Shown here: positions 26,801 through 40,711 of the stretch, one piece after another | How the letters are laid out: each line of letters opens with the position of its first letter | Numbering within the stretch: the first letter of the stretch is position 1 | Assembly: GCF_964355755.1 (NCBI RefSeq) | Contig: NC_092672.1 | Coordinates: forward strand, 5,022,001 to 5,086,000 | Reading direction: 5' to 3' | Length of the DNA stretch: 64,000 nt | From: Antedon mediterranea | Lineage: Eukaryota; Animalia; Echinodermata | Notes under the pieces: generated by a model | Database searches by the model: none | Seen by the model: only the letters and a program-made list of their open reading frames with translations | What the model was told of the DNA's origin: nothing | Program-made: the position numbers and the translations under genes

Positions 26801-28464
26801 GTCCCAAAGTTTTATTTGTCTAAAAGCATATCAGCTACAGTAGATGAGGGTTTTTTCACCTAGGCCACCCCAAGTTAGTTTTCTTTGTTTTTTCATACAT
26901 TTTTTTTTTCGAAAGAGAAAGCAATCATCATATTGCTATAATATGATATTATATTTATACTACGGAGAATTGTATACGATTAATTTAATTATAATCAATT
27001 TGTTATCATTACACAGATAAAAATGTTTATAATTTAGTTAATATTTACATGGCAATTAATTTTAATATTTATAACTTCCAGTTTCCTTATTAAAGAATGG
27101 GAATAGCTTAATATTAATTGGTTAGCAGAAAGGGATCATGGTCTACTACTGAGTGTTAATGCTGGAACCAATAGGCAAATTGTCTTGCATAGTCTTGAGA
27201 AATATACGCTGCTGCCCATATGCAGTTAGTCTGACGTTGCTGTATACATAGAACAAAAAAGACACCTGTATACGATTATTATTATTACAGTTTTTTCGCT
27301 TGAACCAGCAATTATCTTTATTTGTCTTAACGTTGGATAATGAATAATAGATAGCGTTAAGCGAGTGCTTTCGGCATCCAATTACATTAGTCATACTTTA
27401 GTAGCAACGGTATCTTATCGGACATTCCATTCCGATAATAGTATGCCACTCAAATGCTCGTTGCAATAAATGATGCCTGATTTCGTTATGATAATAGGTG
27501 ATTATGATACAGCATCAAGATCAGAGTAAAGTGAATTTTTCTGTTTAATTTTTGTTGAGTCATATCATATTAGGTAACCAGGTAATGTTTATTTCAATAC
27601 ATTGCGCATTATATTATATAATGTTTATGACTGTAATGAATTATCTAATATAGGTCAAAGACTGACATGTTACTTTTGTAGTTGTTAGTAGCACTGCGTT
27701 GCTTGGTGGTGAATATCCATGCTTGCCAAGTATTGGAGTCCTATCTATGGATCTTATAACATACAGGATTTTTCTCCTTGCCAAAACAGCACCTCACTGA
27801 AGTCTCATTAAAATCTAGAAATGATGCCCAAAAATGGGTTTGTTTTCCAACCTGAAATTAAAAAAAATGTTGTCCCCCTTTTTTCTCCCAAAAATATTTT
27901 AATATCTAGTAGTTGACCCAAAAGGCTCGGTTGTTCACATCCTGTAGTGGTAACTAGTTGATCTGTACTAGGCGAATCACCTACAGTATTGTTTTACATT
28001 GCCATGTTGTAGACCAATGTAAACCCCATTCTAAGATATACTGGTAAAGTGTGTGGTATTAAATAAAATGTGTAGTATTCTTCAAAATGTATTCGGTATG
28101 AAATTACCCAACACTAGATTTCAAAGAGAGTACATATAATAGATAAACGATACTATAATTATTAAAAGTCATTATACAGTGGAACTTGTTGGAAATGTCA
28201 GACTAGGTTTGCAGACTACAATCCTGGGTGCAATAAAGATCTTGTTTATTTACCAATTGACTAATAATTGTAGGAAACGAACTCTGTCAGTTAACTGCAG
28301 CCATTAAATTAATTCACTCAATTTTCCACTTAAATCACCATTGTCATCGTTTTTGCATAGTACATTATGAATCCTTTAAAAAAAAAAAAGAATCACATAT
28401 ATTTATAGCAAGTGAAAATAAATGACTTCTCTATCATCATTATTATTATAGAGACAATAGAGTT

Positions 28465-28616
28465 AAGCTCTGTCTACACTAACTATCAAACTAGTTTCAC
28501 AAAAAAAAGTGTGATATGCCCAAATATGGTAGTGATATGACATTATCATGTCCATATATGGGCACATCACATTTTTTGTCACATCAAGTTTGATACATGT
28601 AGTGTAGACAGAGCTT
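28465..28616 (-). mobile_element. MITE family A copy
   Basis: Both TIRs are present with small insertions; the internal sequence is in reverse orientation. Confidence 0.9.
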
Positions 28617-30977
28617 TATATTGTATGTATGACCAGGTATTCCTCTCCTAGGTGCCTCATGACTCTGTTTACAACATCACATTGCCAAATCAGCGAAGGC
28701 TAAGAACAGACTTATGATCAGAATAACAAAATTGACTGATATAGGTCGTTTACTGTGTAATTGATTTCTAAACTAGTTTGGCAATTATCATATCTATCTA
28801 TATCTTGTCTCGGCCTTCTTTATTTTCACTGATAAATGTGTTTGGGCCACAGCACCGCATGCTTATCGTAATGTATCAACGACAGAAGATGTTTCTATGA
28901 TAATATTGTCTGTAGGCCTAGAGGGGAGCTGATTTGTTGCGTTATTCATGCTGATCTGAAAGGTAGTTTCGGGGACAGTTCACTCCAGAATTAGGTCGAG
29001 TCTTGCAGCCTAGCATGCAATTGTTCTGATTTAATTTGATAAACTATTCAAGCAAAATTGTTATTGCTTGCTGCACATTAATAAATTAGTTTTTCTTTAA
29101 AGAATTATTTTTCTAAGAACTAGGAAATATCTTTTATGAAAAAATAAAATTTAAAAAAAATGTCATTTGATAATATAAATGTGTAGATCGAAATACTGTA
29201 TAAACTAAATATATACCAAACAAATTTTAATGTAAGTAATTTTAGCAAATTTTAATTTTCATAATGGAAATCCTGGTTAGGTTGTTTTTTCCCCAATAAT
29301 ACTAAAGTATGAAACTTTGTTGCTCGTGTCCTAGTTTTGACAATAAAAGTAACCATAACCATATTTATGGGCATAATGTTAATAATAAGAAAGGCGTTTT
29401 AAAATTTTAAATATTAGTACATTTTTTCTCAACCTACTTCTATAAATGATGAAATTGATTTTATGAAGATAAATTGAATATAGTACAAAGTTTGAAGGGT
29501 TTGTATAGTTCATTGTTCGCAATAATTGAAAACTGAAATTTTACTTGTATCTATCACAACATAAATTTGATTTAAGTACGCTAATACAAGGGCTGAATGG
29601 AATATTCCTAGTTGATTGACTCTGGCTTTTGCCGTCTTATTGAGATTTTCGCTCACAGCCATGCTCAGCTTTTCTCCAAATAATTTATTGAACTAGAGTC
29701 GATATAAGTATGTTTGTTTTGAATCAAATTAATTTCTCAATGGTTGTAAAGAAACATTTTTTTTGAGGCCCATGGAACCCATTATTTCTAAATCCTGGAT
29801 CCGCCACTGTGGCCTCCATAAAAGCCTGAAACTGGTTGAGTTATGTTAAATTGTTATGGGTAGTATTAAATAATAGTTTTTAGATCAAGGTTAAAGAACT
29901 TAAAAGTAATACAATGAAATTGTAAACATTGTGTTACTTCCACACCTGCATTCATAGCACCGTAATTTGTATCTACCTTTGTAACAAGTTTATAATAAAC
30001 GCATTTGTAGGCCAGAGGTCAACCCCAATAATAACTCGAGGCTAAATGAATGATGTTTAATTAAAGTATTATTTGTTGTAAAATAGCGTATTGATGCCAG
30101 TTTGTTGATTGATTGTGTATGATCTAAATTTGCGACAGCAAGTTATTGAGAATATTATCATAACACAATTGACGTGGATGAAATTCTAGACGCGCTGACC
30201 TAAAATCAACAACAGCCGACTTTTTAAAATGTTATTGATTGAGTTTGCTTGATCGCACTTTCAAACATTGACTCCCAAGTCGTCAATTCACATCGATAGG
30301 AGTTTATTTCTTGATTATTATCGATCGAGATCAAGTTACAATTGTTTCATTTTTCTTGCGTTTATGCCCACTTGTACATAAACAATAGTAATGAAATATT
30401 AGGTTGAACTTTCTGAGGAAACTCATTTGAATCGAGCTGGAAAAAAATCTTAGTTTGTGTCGACCAGCTCTTGACCGTTAACAGCGCCGTCTGATTGAGT
30501 GGTAGTCATAAATGGTTAATTAGTCCCTATTAGAAATGTCGATAAAGAGGACAATAATTGTCACCTCTGGCGTTGTTATTTGTCATTACAATAAACGAAG
30601 AATTGACATATTGTACAAAATGTGTCTGCTTTGCTTCAATACAGTTTTCAGGGAAGATGCATAATTTATCTTCTAAAACATGCATTTCTTTTTAGTTGTT
30701 AAATAATAAATATAAAATAATGTTAAAAAGAAATAAATCATTCATTTCTCTTTATTTTAGTTGTAATGTTGTATCGAGAAACTTTCGCACTTTCTTATTC
30801 ATATTCCTGGAACGTATTGCAAAATATGTTCATTTGTGACTATTAAAACATATGATACTTGATAGTATCGGAAATATTAAACTAATTTTATAGTAAGCAC
30901 AACTTTTGTATGTAGCAAGAAAAGTTGCACTTATTTCTGTGCTTGTGCCTGACTGACAAATGCAGTACTGTATAACA

Positions 30978-31055
30978 TCCCTATTATAGGGGACAACCCT
31001 ATTCAAGAGGTAACCTCTATTCAGGAGGTATCCCTATTTAGGAAGTACCCCTGTT
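30978..31055 (+). repeat. Family D motif fragment
   Basis: Degenerate ccctatt.agggga units. Confidence 0.55.
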
Positions 31056-31996
31056 TAACATCCCCAGGCTGTTTAGGAGAGACTTTTCTGTTAAAAAAAA
31101 CAAAACAAAAAACAGTCGGGCTTCTGGTCACCCTTTTTCACATTCTACCGGAAAATACTGAAAAAAATGTTCTGATAAATACAGCTTGCATTCACAAGGC
31201 ACCTGTCCCACCCTCTGATGACCTATTTATAAACATTCACTAAGCACATGGTTAAAATACTCCAGCACAGATTTGATAATTTTAGTATAATTTAATTGTT
31301 AATTTAAATGTAATGTGTAACTGCCTATCATTACATGATAACAGCTGTCAATGTATTATTTTATTATTTTATACATTGATTTATAGTTAATCTTTATTAC
31401 CTGAATGTTCCTGTAAGTTAATAAAATAGATTGAAATCAATCAAAAGTATTTAATCACAATCATTAGACTTTTTAATTTGTTTATGAGTATTTTAATGTT
31501 TGAATTGATTTCTGTACAAGTTTTATATTCGTTTTAACAAACCAATACTGATATTTTATGATTGACTGAAATTAAATTTGTAACATCTATTTTTTTGTAT
31601 TAAAATTTTCTCCTTTATAAATGACAAAACCATTTTATAATATTCAGTAATTACATAATTATTAAAAGAAATTAAATTATTTAATAAAGTATCTAGCACT
31701 ATATCCTTTAATAATTATTTCTGCATTTAAATTGGGAAATACCCTGTGTGCTGCAGTCTAGCTGGGCTGAATTGCTGAAGTACATCTGAGACAGTAAAGA
31801 GGGGGTAATTAATATTCATTTTCACTCTGTTGCAAATACTTTTCATTTTTTTTTTTTAATAACTAACAAATTGAACTCTACTAGTGTTTATGTAGGTGTG
31901 ATACAACAACTAGATTGGATTATACAACACTATTTTAATAGGGGTGCTCGCTGAATGGGGGTGTTTCAAAGGAGGGGTTCTACTATGTTCTAATGT

Positions 31997-32128
31997 AAAG
32001 AACCTAGTACATCTTTCGAGACAAGTAGGGGGTTACCCCGGTGTACTAGTACATCCCAACCACAACTGGGCCCTCTGGGAGACCAGTCTTTGAGGTCGGC
32101 CAGTATAAATAAAATATTTCAATTTCAA
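31997..32128 (+). mobile_element. Deu-domain SINE, 3' half
   Basis: aaagaacctagtacatctttcgagacaagtagggggttaccccggtgtac...cagtataaataaaatatttcaatttcaa. Confidence 0.82.
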
Positions 32129-33734
32129 AAAATGTTATGTTACCCATTACTAAGCTTTGATTAAAGTATTATATATTTCCGAATCTTTTATATTGCTTTT
32201 CAAGATCACTTTTAAAACATATTTATATTAAACTTTTGATGAACTCTTGTATTGCCAATAAAAATCTTGTGTTTAATTTCTATATTTTATATCCTTGTGT
32301 CCAATAATCTTCTGTTTTGCCATCGGGAATATCCATTTAATATTAACACAACAAGCAATTATTTATAACAAGTAGTAATCTTGTTTGGTTGTGTATATGT
32401 TTTAATCATTCTGGAATTGTATCCTTTAGCCAAATGCGCATAACAATTGAATTAAGTTTAACTTAAATGAATATCATTACAGGTTTTATTACAAGGACAC
32501 ACAGACATACAGGAAAATGTGACTATGCAACATATGATTTTTAACATACTCTTGTAGTTCTTCTATACTCTCCACAGACACACACATGTTTATTTTCTCT
32601 TTTGTGCTTAGAAATATATTTTTATGAGGAGCCATGTGGTTTATTACAAAACATTTTCTATAAGTTTAAAGTAATAAATTAAATATGTAATGTAATATCT
32701 TTCAATCATGATCATAAAATAGAATATAAACTTAAGGACAAAGGAAAATAAAAACATGACCATTAATGTCATCTTTTTCATCAGGTATCATAAATATATT
32801 GACAAGATATCATCTTTACAAAAATCAACAATATAATTATATAATTACATCGCACATGAATGGTTTGACGTAAAGAATTTATTTTATTTTATTTCACATA
32901 TATACAGCGATATTGCCAATTACAGGATGCCTTAAAGACTCAAATATAAATACATAAGATTAATATATATATATAACAACTTGCTCATCAAATATACTGA
33001 TAATTAATATAAAAACCTGATGAAAACATTTTTCGAATATAAATTATCATTTTAAAACATCATCATCATTGTCATCTTTCATAATATAATCATCATTTAT
33101 CCTCACAACAACATCTCCACATCACAAAAAAAAAACAACTTCGTTTTTCAATTTACAAGCAAGTTTTTCTTTAATAACATAATTCTTTTTTGAAAGTGGT
33201 ATTAATCTTCCAAATCTAATAATCTATCTAAATATGCTCTAGCAAACTATCAATCAGGGTCAAGAGAAGTAACTGACCAAGGTCAAGTGAAACCATTAGT
33301 GTTGCACTCACGAAAAACTGCAAACTTCATCGTCTCCGTAATCCAACTAAGAAGCATACTCTTAATATGTGCTTCATTACGATTACACTTGGAAAGCCGC
33401 GGATGATTCCTAACGCTAATTGCTCAAGACTCAAGAGATGGTAGATGTTTTTAGGACCATCACAACACTTGAGTTTAAGAGGCTGTTGAAAGACTTGCCA
33501 TTAAAGATCATCAGTTAATGCTAATTCACCTTTAATCCCTTTCACATTTTATTTAATCTCGGTCGCTGTCTATATTTTTGAAAGCATATTTCAATTTAAT
33601 TGATTGAAAATTGCAGTCAAAACTCGCTGTACAATAGATTTAAATTTATTTAAATACATTTAAATGGATTAATCCTTTGTCTGAATAAATAATAATAATA
33701 TTAATATATTAGAACGGAGTTGAATTATCATCAA

Positions 33735-33872
33735 TGTGTCCCCTTAAAGTGGGTGTCCCCTGAAAGGGTGTTGTCTGTTGATAAAACATTTATTTCTTCT
33801 CATCCTTGTCACAGGAAAGTTCCCCCTAACTAGGGGTCCCCTGAATATGGGTATCTATAGGAGGATTCTGTT
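33735..33872 (-). repeat. Family D fragment (right-end orientation)
   Basis: gtgtccccttaa, gggtgtcccctgaa and ggggtcccctgaata are reverse complements of the family D unit. Confidence 0.55.
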
Positions 33873-33884
33873 GTATTATTTATA

Positions 33885-34026
33885 AATCTCTGTCTACACT
33901 ATCAAACTTTATGTGACAACAAAATGTGATGTGCCCATATATGGACATGATGATATCATATCACTACCCTATTTGGGCATATCACACATTTCTTGTCAAA
34001 CTAGTTTGATAGTGTAGACAGAGCTT
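33885..34026 (+). mobile_element. MITE family A copy (near-consensus, ~142 bp)
   Basis: ctctgtctacactatcaaac...gtttgatagtgtagacagagctt, flanked by TA. Confidence 0.92.
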
Positions 34027-37000
34027 TAAAGACTTGTATTCATTTTAAAGTTTTGTAGTAAGTAAATAGTAAATGAAAATAAAAATAACGTCCCAATGTA
34101 CCACCATCTTTTCTTTTCTTACTGTTACTACGAATGCACTTTTGTGAAGGCAAAACCCAAAGAGTCGGTGATTAGAAAATATAATTCAAACCCGTCTATG
34201 TCATGTTGTACATATATTTCTTTGTTTCTCTAGTCCCGGTTAAATTGAATGTATGGTTTTCATGATTTATAGTTAATAAGTCATGATAATTCTCTGGACT
34301 AACATAAATTCCATCTAGATAAAATTAAAGGTATATAATTGGTGTTGTAAAGATAAATCATATGTAACATTTTATTTATTACTTGTTAAATGTGGGTTTT
34401 AATAAAATATACACGCTTTTCTAACTGTATAAGTATTGAATTGTTAAAACATTAAAATATTTATAGTTAATATTAAAGTAAATATTTGAAGTTTTTCAAT
34501 TTAGTATACATTTAGTGTAGTGTGTTTTCATTCGAATTTATCATGAGATCGTTTCTTCTTCAACCTCCCACATCAATTTGTTTATGAAATATTTCAAGTA
34601 ATCAATATACAGTTTTATTAGTAGACTTTGTGGTATATTAATTGATAATATATATTTTATAATAATTTTTATTTCCAATAAATTTTATAATTTTTTAAAT
34701 AATATTTTTGATTATCATAACCATTATAGATTTTTTTTTTTAATAGAATAATATGGTGACCCTTTAATATTTAAATTTGAGGTGATTAAATTAGTAATGG
34801 CATATTTTCTAGATTAATTTTACAATGTTTTTTAGTTAATAAATATAAAATTGATTATTTATGAATTTTTATAAAGATACTGTCTACTGTCCTGGTAATA
34901 AAATTTTTATTTTTAGTAGAACTATTGATATCTTTTAAAAATTAGGACAATGGATTGCAACATGCAACCAGCAAACGGTTTTTAAATTAGATAATAAACA
35001 TGATTAAACATACAACAAAAATGTTTATTATCCACAGAAATAGGTCAGATCAAATATAAGGAAGATATTGTAGAAAATCAGGAACTGAAAATATACAAAC
35101 CTCCTTTCTCTTCATCACCCTCCATAAAATTTAAATTATGAGCAATTATACCATAAAATCCCAAAAAGAAGCTTAAAAGTGGGCTTGATTTTGAGATGGG
35201 CTTTTTTTTTAGATTACTTATTGCAAACCACAGAGGGATGCTTCTTTACAAAATGGTTTCTTTTCGATGTTGTACAGTATATGTATTGCCCACTTCTAAA
35301 CCGAATTTTGTAGGCAGAAACTTAGTAGTATTAAAATGGATTCCTTCTAACAAATATTTAGAATGTTTTATACATTGAAAAAACATCCTGTTGTTAATCT
35401 CATGTTTAAGAAGGCAAACACTTTAGTATGTGTGCCATGTGTATGTTAATGCTTGTGTAGGAGATGTTGTATTGTTAGATTTATAGTTGTTTACCCACGC
35501 AATTACAGATTGACCATTAAGTGCATTTCTATAAGCGTCTTTTAAAGCTACACTGATTTCAAATGTCTGCAGATTGCTTACACAAGCCCTAACCTAATTA
35601 TGTTTTTTAATCCAATGTTGGTCGGTGGTTGTTCCGTTGAGGTCGTGAACAACTCGTTGATTTGTTTTGGATTACCTTGACATTCGCAATCGGTAGGTGA
35701 CGGTTGTTCGCTATTGACCCCAGACACTTACCGAGGGAAGAGTACACACTCGAATCCAAACTTAAGTGTTTGATCTGGTGGGCCCTGAGTAAACATATTA
35801 CCGTGACTGTCTTCTTTGTCACCGTTTAGCACCCTTTTCACTGTACTAACAATTTAGTAATCATACAAATTTAAAATGTAAAAGAACATCTGTATGTGTC
35901 GCATTAGTATCAGATGATACGATATATTAAATGAGTGCTTTTTTTGTGTACACGTCCATACAAGATATATTTTAAAGTCTATAAAACACGGAAATATTGC
36001 TCTGCTCCAAACACCACCCAAGAGGCTAACATTCATCCTTCTTTAAAACATTGTGCCCTCTCCACTTTGTAAGGTTAGGCTATACTGGGAAATATTAAAT
36101 CGAAGCATGCCCTTTTACTTTTTCATTATAATAAACAAGAGATATTTCTTACAAAAAATGTCGCTCGACTTTTGATGTAACAGTTTTAATTATTCTTTCT
36201 TGTCGTTGATGTTCTATTTAATAATTTAAGAAATATAGATTTTTTATTAATTTATTTTTTTTTAACATATAGTAGTAAACATAAAAAAATAATCATTGAA
36301 AAGAAACAGTCAAAGTAACTGATCATTCCATTAACCATTTCCCTTTGACAACCAACCACATTAATGAGAGTTCGTTTGAGACACAGACGTAGGGTGAACG
36401 TCAGACATTCACCAAATAATCTTTTGTATGAAATCAACCTATCTTTCATCTATCGCCCCCTTGACTCAAAATTTCAGTGTGCTAACAATAATGTTAGAAA
36501 TATCAAAGCTGTAATTAATTATATGAGGGATTTCACTCTTCCCTGATTACAGTACATTAATTAATAAATGATAAAAATAATAAATGAATAAATATTATTA
36601 TCATTTTAATTGATAAAACAAATCATCTCATTTGTTTTATAATTTTAAAAGTATTAATTATTAATTTATTTGTATCTTTTTTATTTTAAAATAATATTTT
36701 TTACAATGTTGAAAAAAAATATTGTGGGAATTATCAAGGTCATTAATACCCAAAGGGCGTAGAGTGTTTACATTTTGACAAATGTGTAGGCCCTGAGGGG
36801 GAGCAAACATAACATGTACTTATTAAACTACTGCACAGGCCACCAGCTGTTACTTACCTATCACTTAACCTATTAATTTGCTTAGTTTAATGTTCTGATT
36901 AAGGAAAAGCTGAACATTGACTGTACGATTTATTCACTGGTCATTAATCTAAGAAATACTAAGAAATACCATAATGGTATCCAGGGGGATAGTTTATTAC

Positions 37001-37047
37001 CATTAGTTAGAGTCTAATGTAAAGCACCTAGAGGGGTCAGTGATCCA

Positions 37048-37090
37048 TTAGGCGCTGTATAAATATTGTTTATTATTATTATTATTATTA
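37048..37090 (+). mobile_element. L2-type LINE/SINE 3' tail
   Basis: ttaggcgctgtataaatattgt(tta)n. Confidence 0.55.
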
Positions 37091-39597
37091 CTGGGTCTTT
37101 GGTTTGAATCATGTTATATGATATCAATGATTTTATATCGTAATATTATTATTAATAAACTTATAAATATCTATCCACAAAATCAGTTGTGTACTCATAT
37201 AAATTTTTTCCAGTAAAAAATGCATTAAAATAATATTTATCACTGTTTGCTTAATTAAAGGTGAATGCTAGATGCTATAATTAATTAAATAAAGTTTATA
37301 GATGAATTAAAGTATTTATAAATTAAAATATTTATAAATTACAATATTTATAAATTAAAATATTTATTAATTACAATATTTATAAATTAATTTCTGGTAG
37401 ATTTTTTAGTTTAGCTATGGATGAGCAATGGTTTGGAGGATATTGAATGAAAGTCTGTTATTTTTTTCGAAAAATAAATAAAATTGCAACATTTATTTTA
37501 AAATGTTCAGAGGTTGAAATATTGCAGAGATATATAAAAACTGTTATTAATTCCATGAAATTATTTGCAACTTATTTCATAGTTTATTTCTCACCTATTT
37601 TATTTCTGAGACAATAAAAATTATATGTGTTTGGTAATTACAGTAAATATATAAAATATTGTGTGCGGTAGATCATGGCAGATAACTGACATCTCCTATG
37701 GGAAATGTAATATGTCTCGCCATCTTGTTTATAGAGTATATTCTTCATGTTGTATAGTATCTCATATCTTTCTTGCCATCATTAACAATTCCTGATAGGG
37801 GATCAAAGCCTATGTACTTCACTTTGCATTACTTCTTGCCACAAATATTGCCTCTTAATCTGCCTTAAACCTAGATTATCCCTTAGAGATGTTTATATCC
37901 CACCTCATTTGCAGGGCTAAGTTAGCTCCATCGGCTATCACTCCGTCGGGAGACCTAGTACAACCCTCCAGAGGTGTAGCTCGGTGGTTTACGAGCGATC
38001 CCTTGGTGTGAAATGCCATTTAAAGTGCTGTATCAATTATTCCGCTTGTCATTTACAGGAAGAATATGCTCCCCTCTTGTCTCCTAAAATCTTGCAATTT
38101 ATGCTCAAAAGAACGCGTAAACTAAACAAGTAAGAGCGTGACATATGTCAGCTTTATAGATGTATAAAAACACACTTGTATTAGCTTTAAGAGATGCAGT
38201 ATTTTCGACCTCCATGACACCCATTCTGCTTTCATTTACATACTTATATGGCTTAAATTGCTAAATTTTGATTGAATTAGAGAATATACAATGCTGATGC
38301 CGTCTTTTGTGATCAATTTGCGACTGAAATTGATCCAATTTTCAGTTAATTTTTACGGCACATAAAATGTTTAAATGCGTTTGGATTTAGATGATTTTCG
38401 CAGTCACCTATTTAACTTCCTGACTGAAAGTCGATTATCTTGTAATAATATGAACAACATGTCTCCAATCTTTGATTTATTAATCATGATTTAGTCCGTT
38501 AAATGTGTCCATTTCAATTTTCACTACTTCAAGTTTTTTAGCATTTAAAAGAGTGTAAATCAACTGTCACAAATAAGTCTTAATTACATAATATCAATGA
38601 ATTTAAATTTTCGCTAGAAACAGTTTGAATAGATGTATATATTATAATGATTTTTATAGTCTTTGTTTCTGTTATTCAGTGGTATACCCCCATGGGATTA
38701 CTCAAGACGGTTGGTTGGTTGGTTTTAGGTGGGGAGGGGGTTAAAATAAATGTAAAATCAAATCAGATGTGATATTATCTAACATTATCTACTTCCCTCC
38801 CGATTTATACAACAAATCATATATGCACTACTTTTACTCTTAAGATAGTTTTTCATCATTCAAAAATAATACTAATTATACTCTACTTCAGTCTTGCATC
38901 TCAATTAATTTATCAAATAAAACATAATATTTTATTTCTAGTTGTTTAATAAATTTGAATTCAATCTTTGCTTTCTACAAATCTAAAGTAATGTGTTATT
39001 CATATCATACATCACTTCTTCTCATCTTCAATATATTTTCTAATAAAGTTACGTTTTAATCTGAAACATATATTGCTGAAAAGATCAATTTATGTTTTTT
39101 ATACTTTATGCATTTTCAAGTAGTGTCTGATTCCCTAGAGAAATCTGTTCTCAATCCGTCCTTATTCCTCCCATCCTTAGCATTACAATCGGATTATAAG
39201 TTCTGACATTCTAATATCGCAGATTATATGAAGCCATTATTAAAAATTAAAAGAATTATGACAAATATGAAGATAGAAAATTGGATCGTTTCTCCCGCGG
39301 TCTCGTCTGTAATTCAGTGTAGTACATCTGGCATATTGCAATGTTATATTGTCATATTCAATTTAGAATATAGCTTTAAAATGGTAGATTATCGGTGTAC
39401 ATTGCGAAGAATATATAACGGATCCTGCGCTGGCATATTGAGTGATGGTCTTGGGTTTCATGTTTTAAATATGAAGTTGCTTTTGAGAAATGAGTACTGA
39501 CAAGAGTAGAAATATAACTATCTGTTTCTAAATGATATATCAATGGAAATAATATATGATAAAAGCGGTCATTAGTATTACTTTATCTTCTTTGTAG

Positions 39598-39624
39598 ATG
39601 AACGATACTGAAAATAAATTGATG
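39598..39624 (+). CDS. Weak candidate microexon (27 nt, phase 0-0)
   Basis: Good acceptor ctttatcttctttgtAG, frame MNDTENKLM, and donor ATG|GTAATG. No homology support. Confidence 0.2.
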
Positions 39625-39784
39625 GTAATGTCTTTTCAAAGAGTGGGTGTGTCGGGGTATAAATTTACAGTACCTGTTTCTGAGTTTGGAAATTGTTTTC
39701 CTCTAATTTTGTGTTCTTCTGTATTCTGCTGTTATGTTATTAAAAAAATTATATTGATCAGGAAAAAATTACTAGGGTAATAAT

Positions 39785-39857
39785 GTTCAGCGCTTAGAGG
39801 TTTCGCAACATTAGGCGCTATATAAATCCAGGATATTATTATTATTATTATTATTAT
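39785..39857 (+). mobile_element. L2-type LINE/SINE 3' tail with stem-loop
   Basis: agcgcttagag...ttaggcgct stem, followed by atataaatccaggata(tta)n. Confidence 0.7.
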
Positions 39858-39937
39858 ATGAGTTTGTTATGAGCTGTACGCTTGTGGTTTGTGAGTGTCT
39901 TAATTTGTTGGTGTTTTACTTACTGTATGTGTCACAA

Positions 39938-40135
39938 AGTGGAGCTGTGGCTTGGTGGTTATGATGCTTGGCTACCAATCTAAGGGTCCTGGGTTCAAGT
40001 CCTGTCATATGTCAGGGTTTTTTTCTCATGACAATTTACAACTCCACTCCCGAAGTGGAGAAGGGTAGTGAATGAATTCACTTGTGGTTATCCTTGGCAA
40101 TTTGCCTAAAATGAAAATAATAATAAAAAAAAAAA
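39938..40135 (+). mobile_element. tRNA-derived SINE (family C)
   Basis: A box tggcttggtgg, B box ggttcaagtcc, body caactccactccc and an A-rich tail. It is paralogous to 1843-1950. Confidence 0.72.
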
Positions 40136-40681
40136 TAATTTTAATAATAAATGCGATAATTTTTACTTCTACTGTAATACTCTACATACAATATGTAAAA
40201 ATATTAAAAATAAAAATATTAAAAATAAATCTAGTTTGTTGTTTAATTAACTATAAAATACAGCAAAACATTTCTACAGTTATATAGGCCTGGCATGATT
40301 GAATTATGCTAAAATATAAACATTATTATAATGCAATACAACAGAAATATTAGTTTTACTAAATTTAGAAAGATGTATTTATAAACCAACTTAATAATCC
40401 AATTTTAAAATTTGCATATTATTTCTTATTATTTATAGTTATTTATTGTTTCTAGTAATAAGTTTATACGAGAATACGAGATGTTATTCTGAAATATGGA
40501 AAACAAATTGACAGCGATTATCGATGGTTGTTGAAATTAACAAAACCATTACAAAAAGACAATTACAAACCCATCAATCTGTTCCAGAAAAGCTACGTTA
40601 AATGGTCGTTAAAAATCGCGGTTACGGTTAATAACATTTCAACTTTTTTTTTCCTAATCTTAAACTAAACTGAAAATACAG

Positions 40682-40711
40682 TTGTCCGTCGCGACGGCTA
40701 CACGTGGAAAT
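40682..40711 (+). CDS. Candidate microexon (30 nt, phase 0-0)
   Basis: Poly-T run, then a branch-like CTAAT, then tacAG (40681). The frame reads LSVATATRGN and the donor is the consensus AAT|GTAAGT. It lies in a CpG-rich island. No homology support. Confidence 0.3.
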
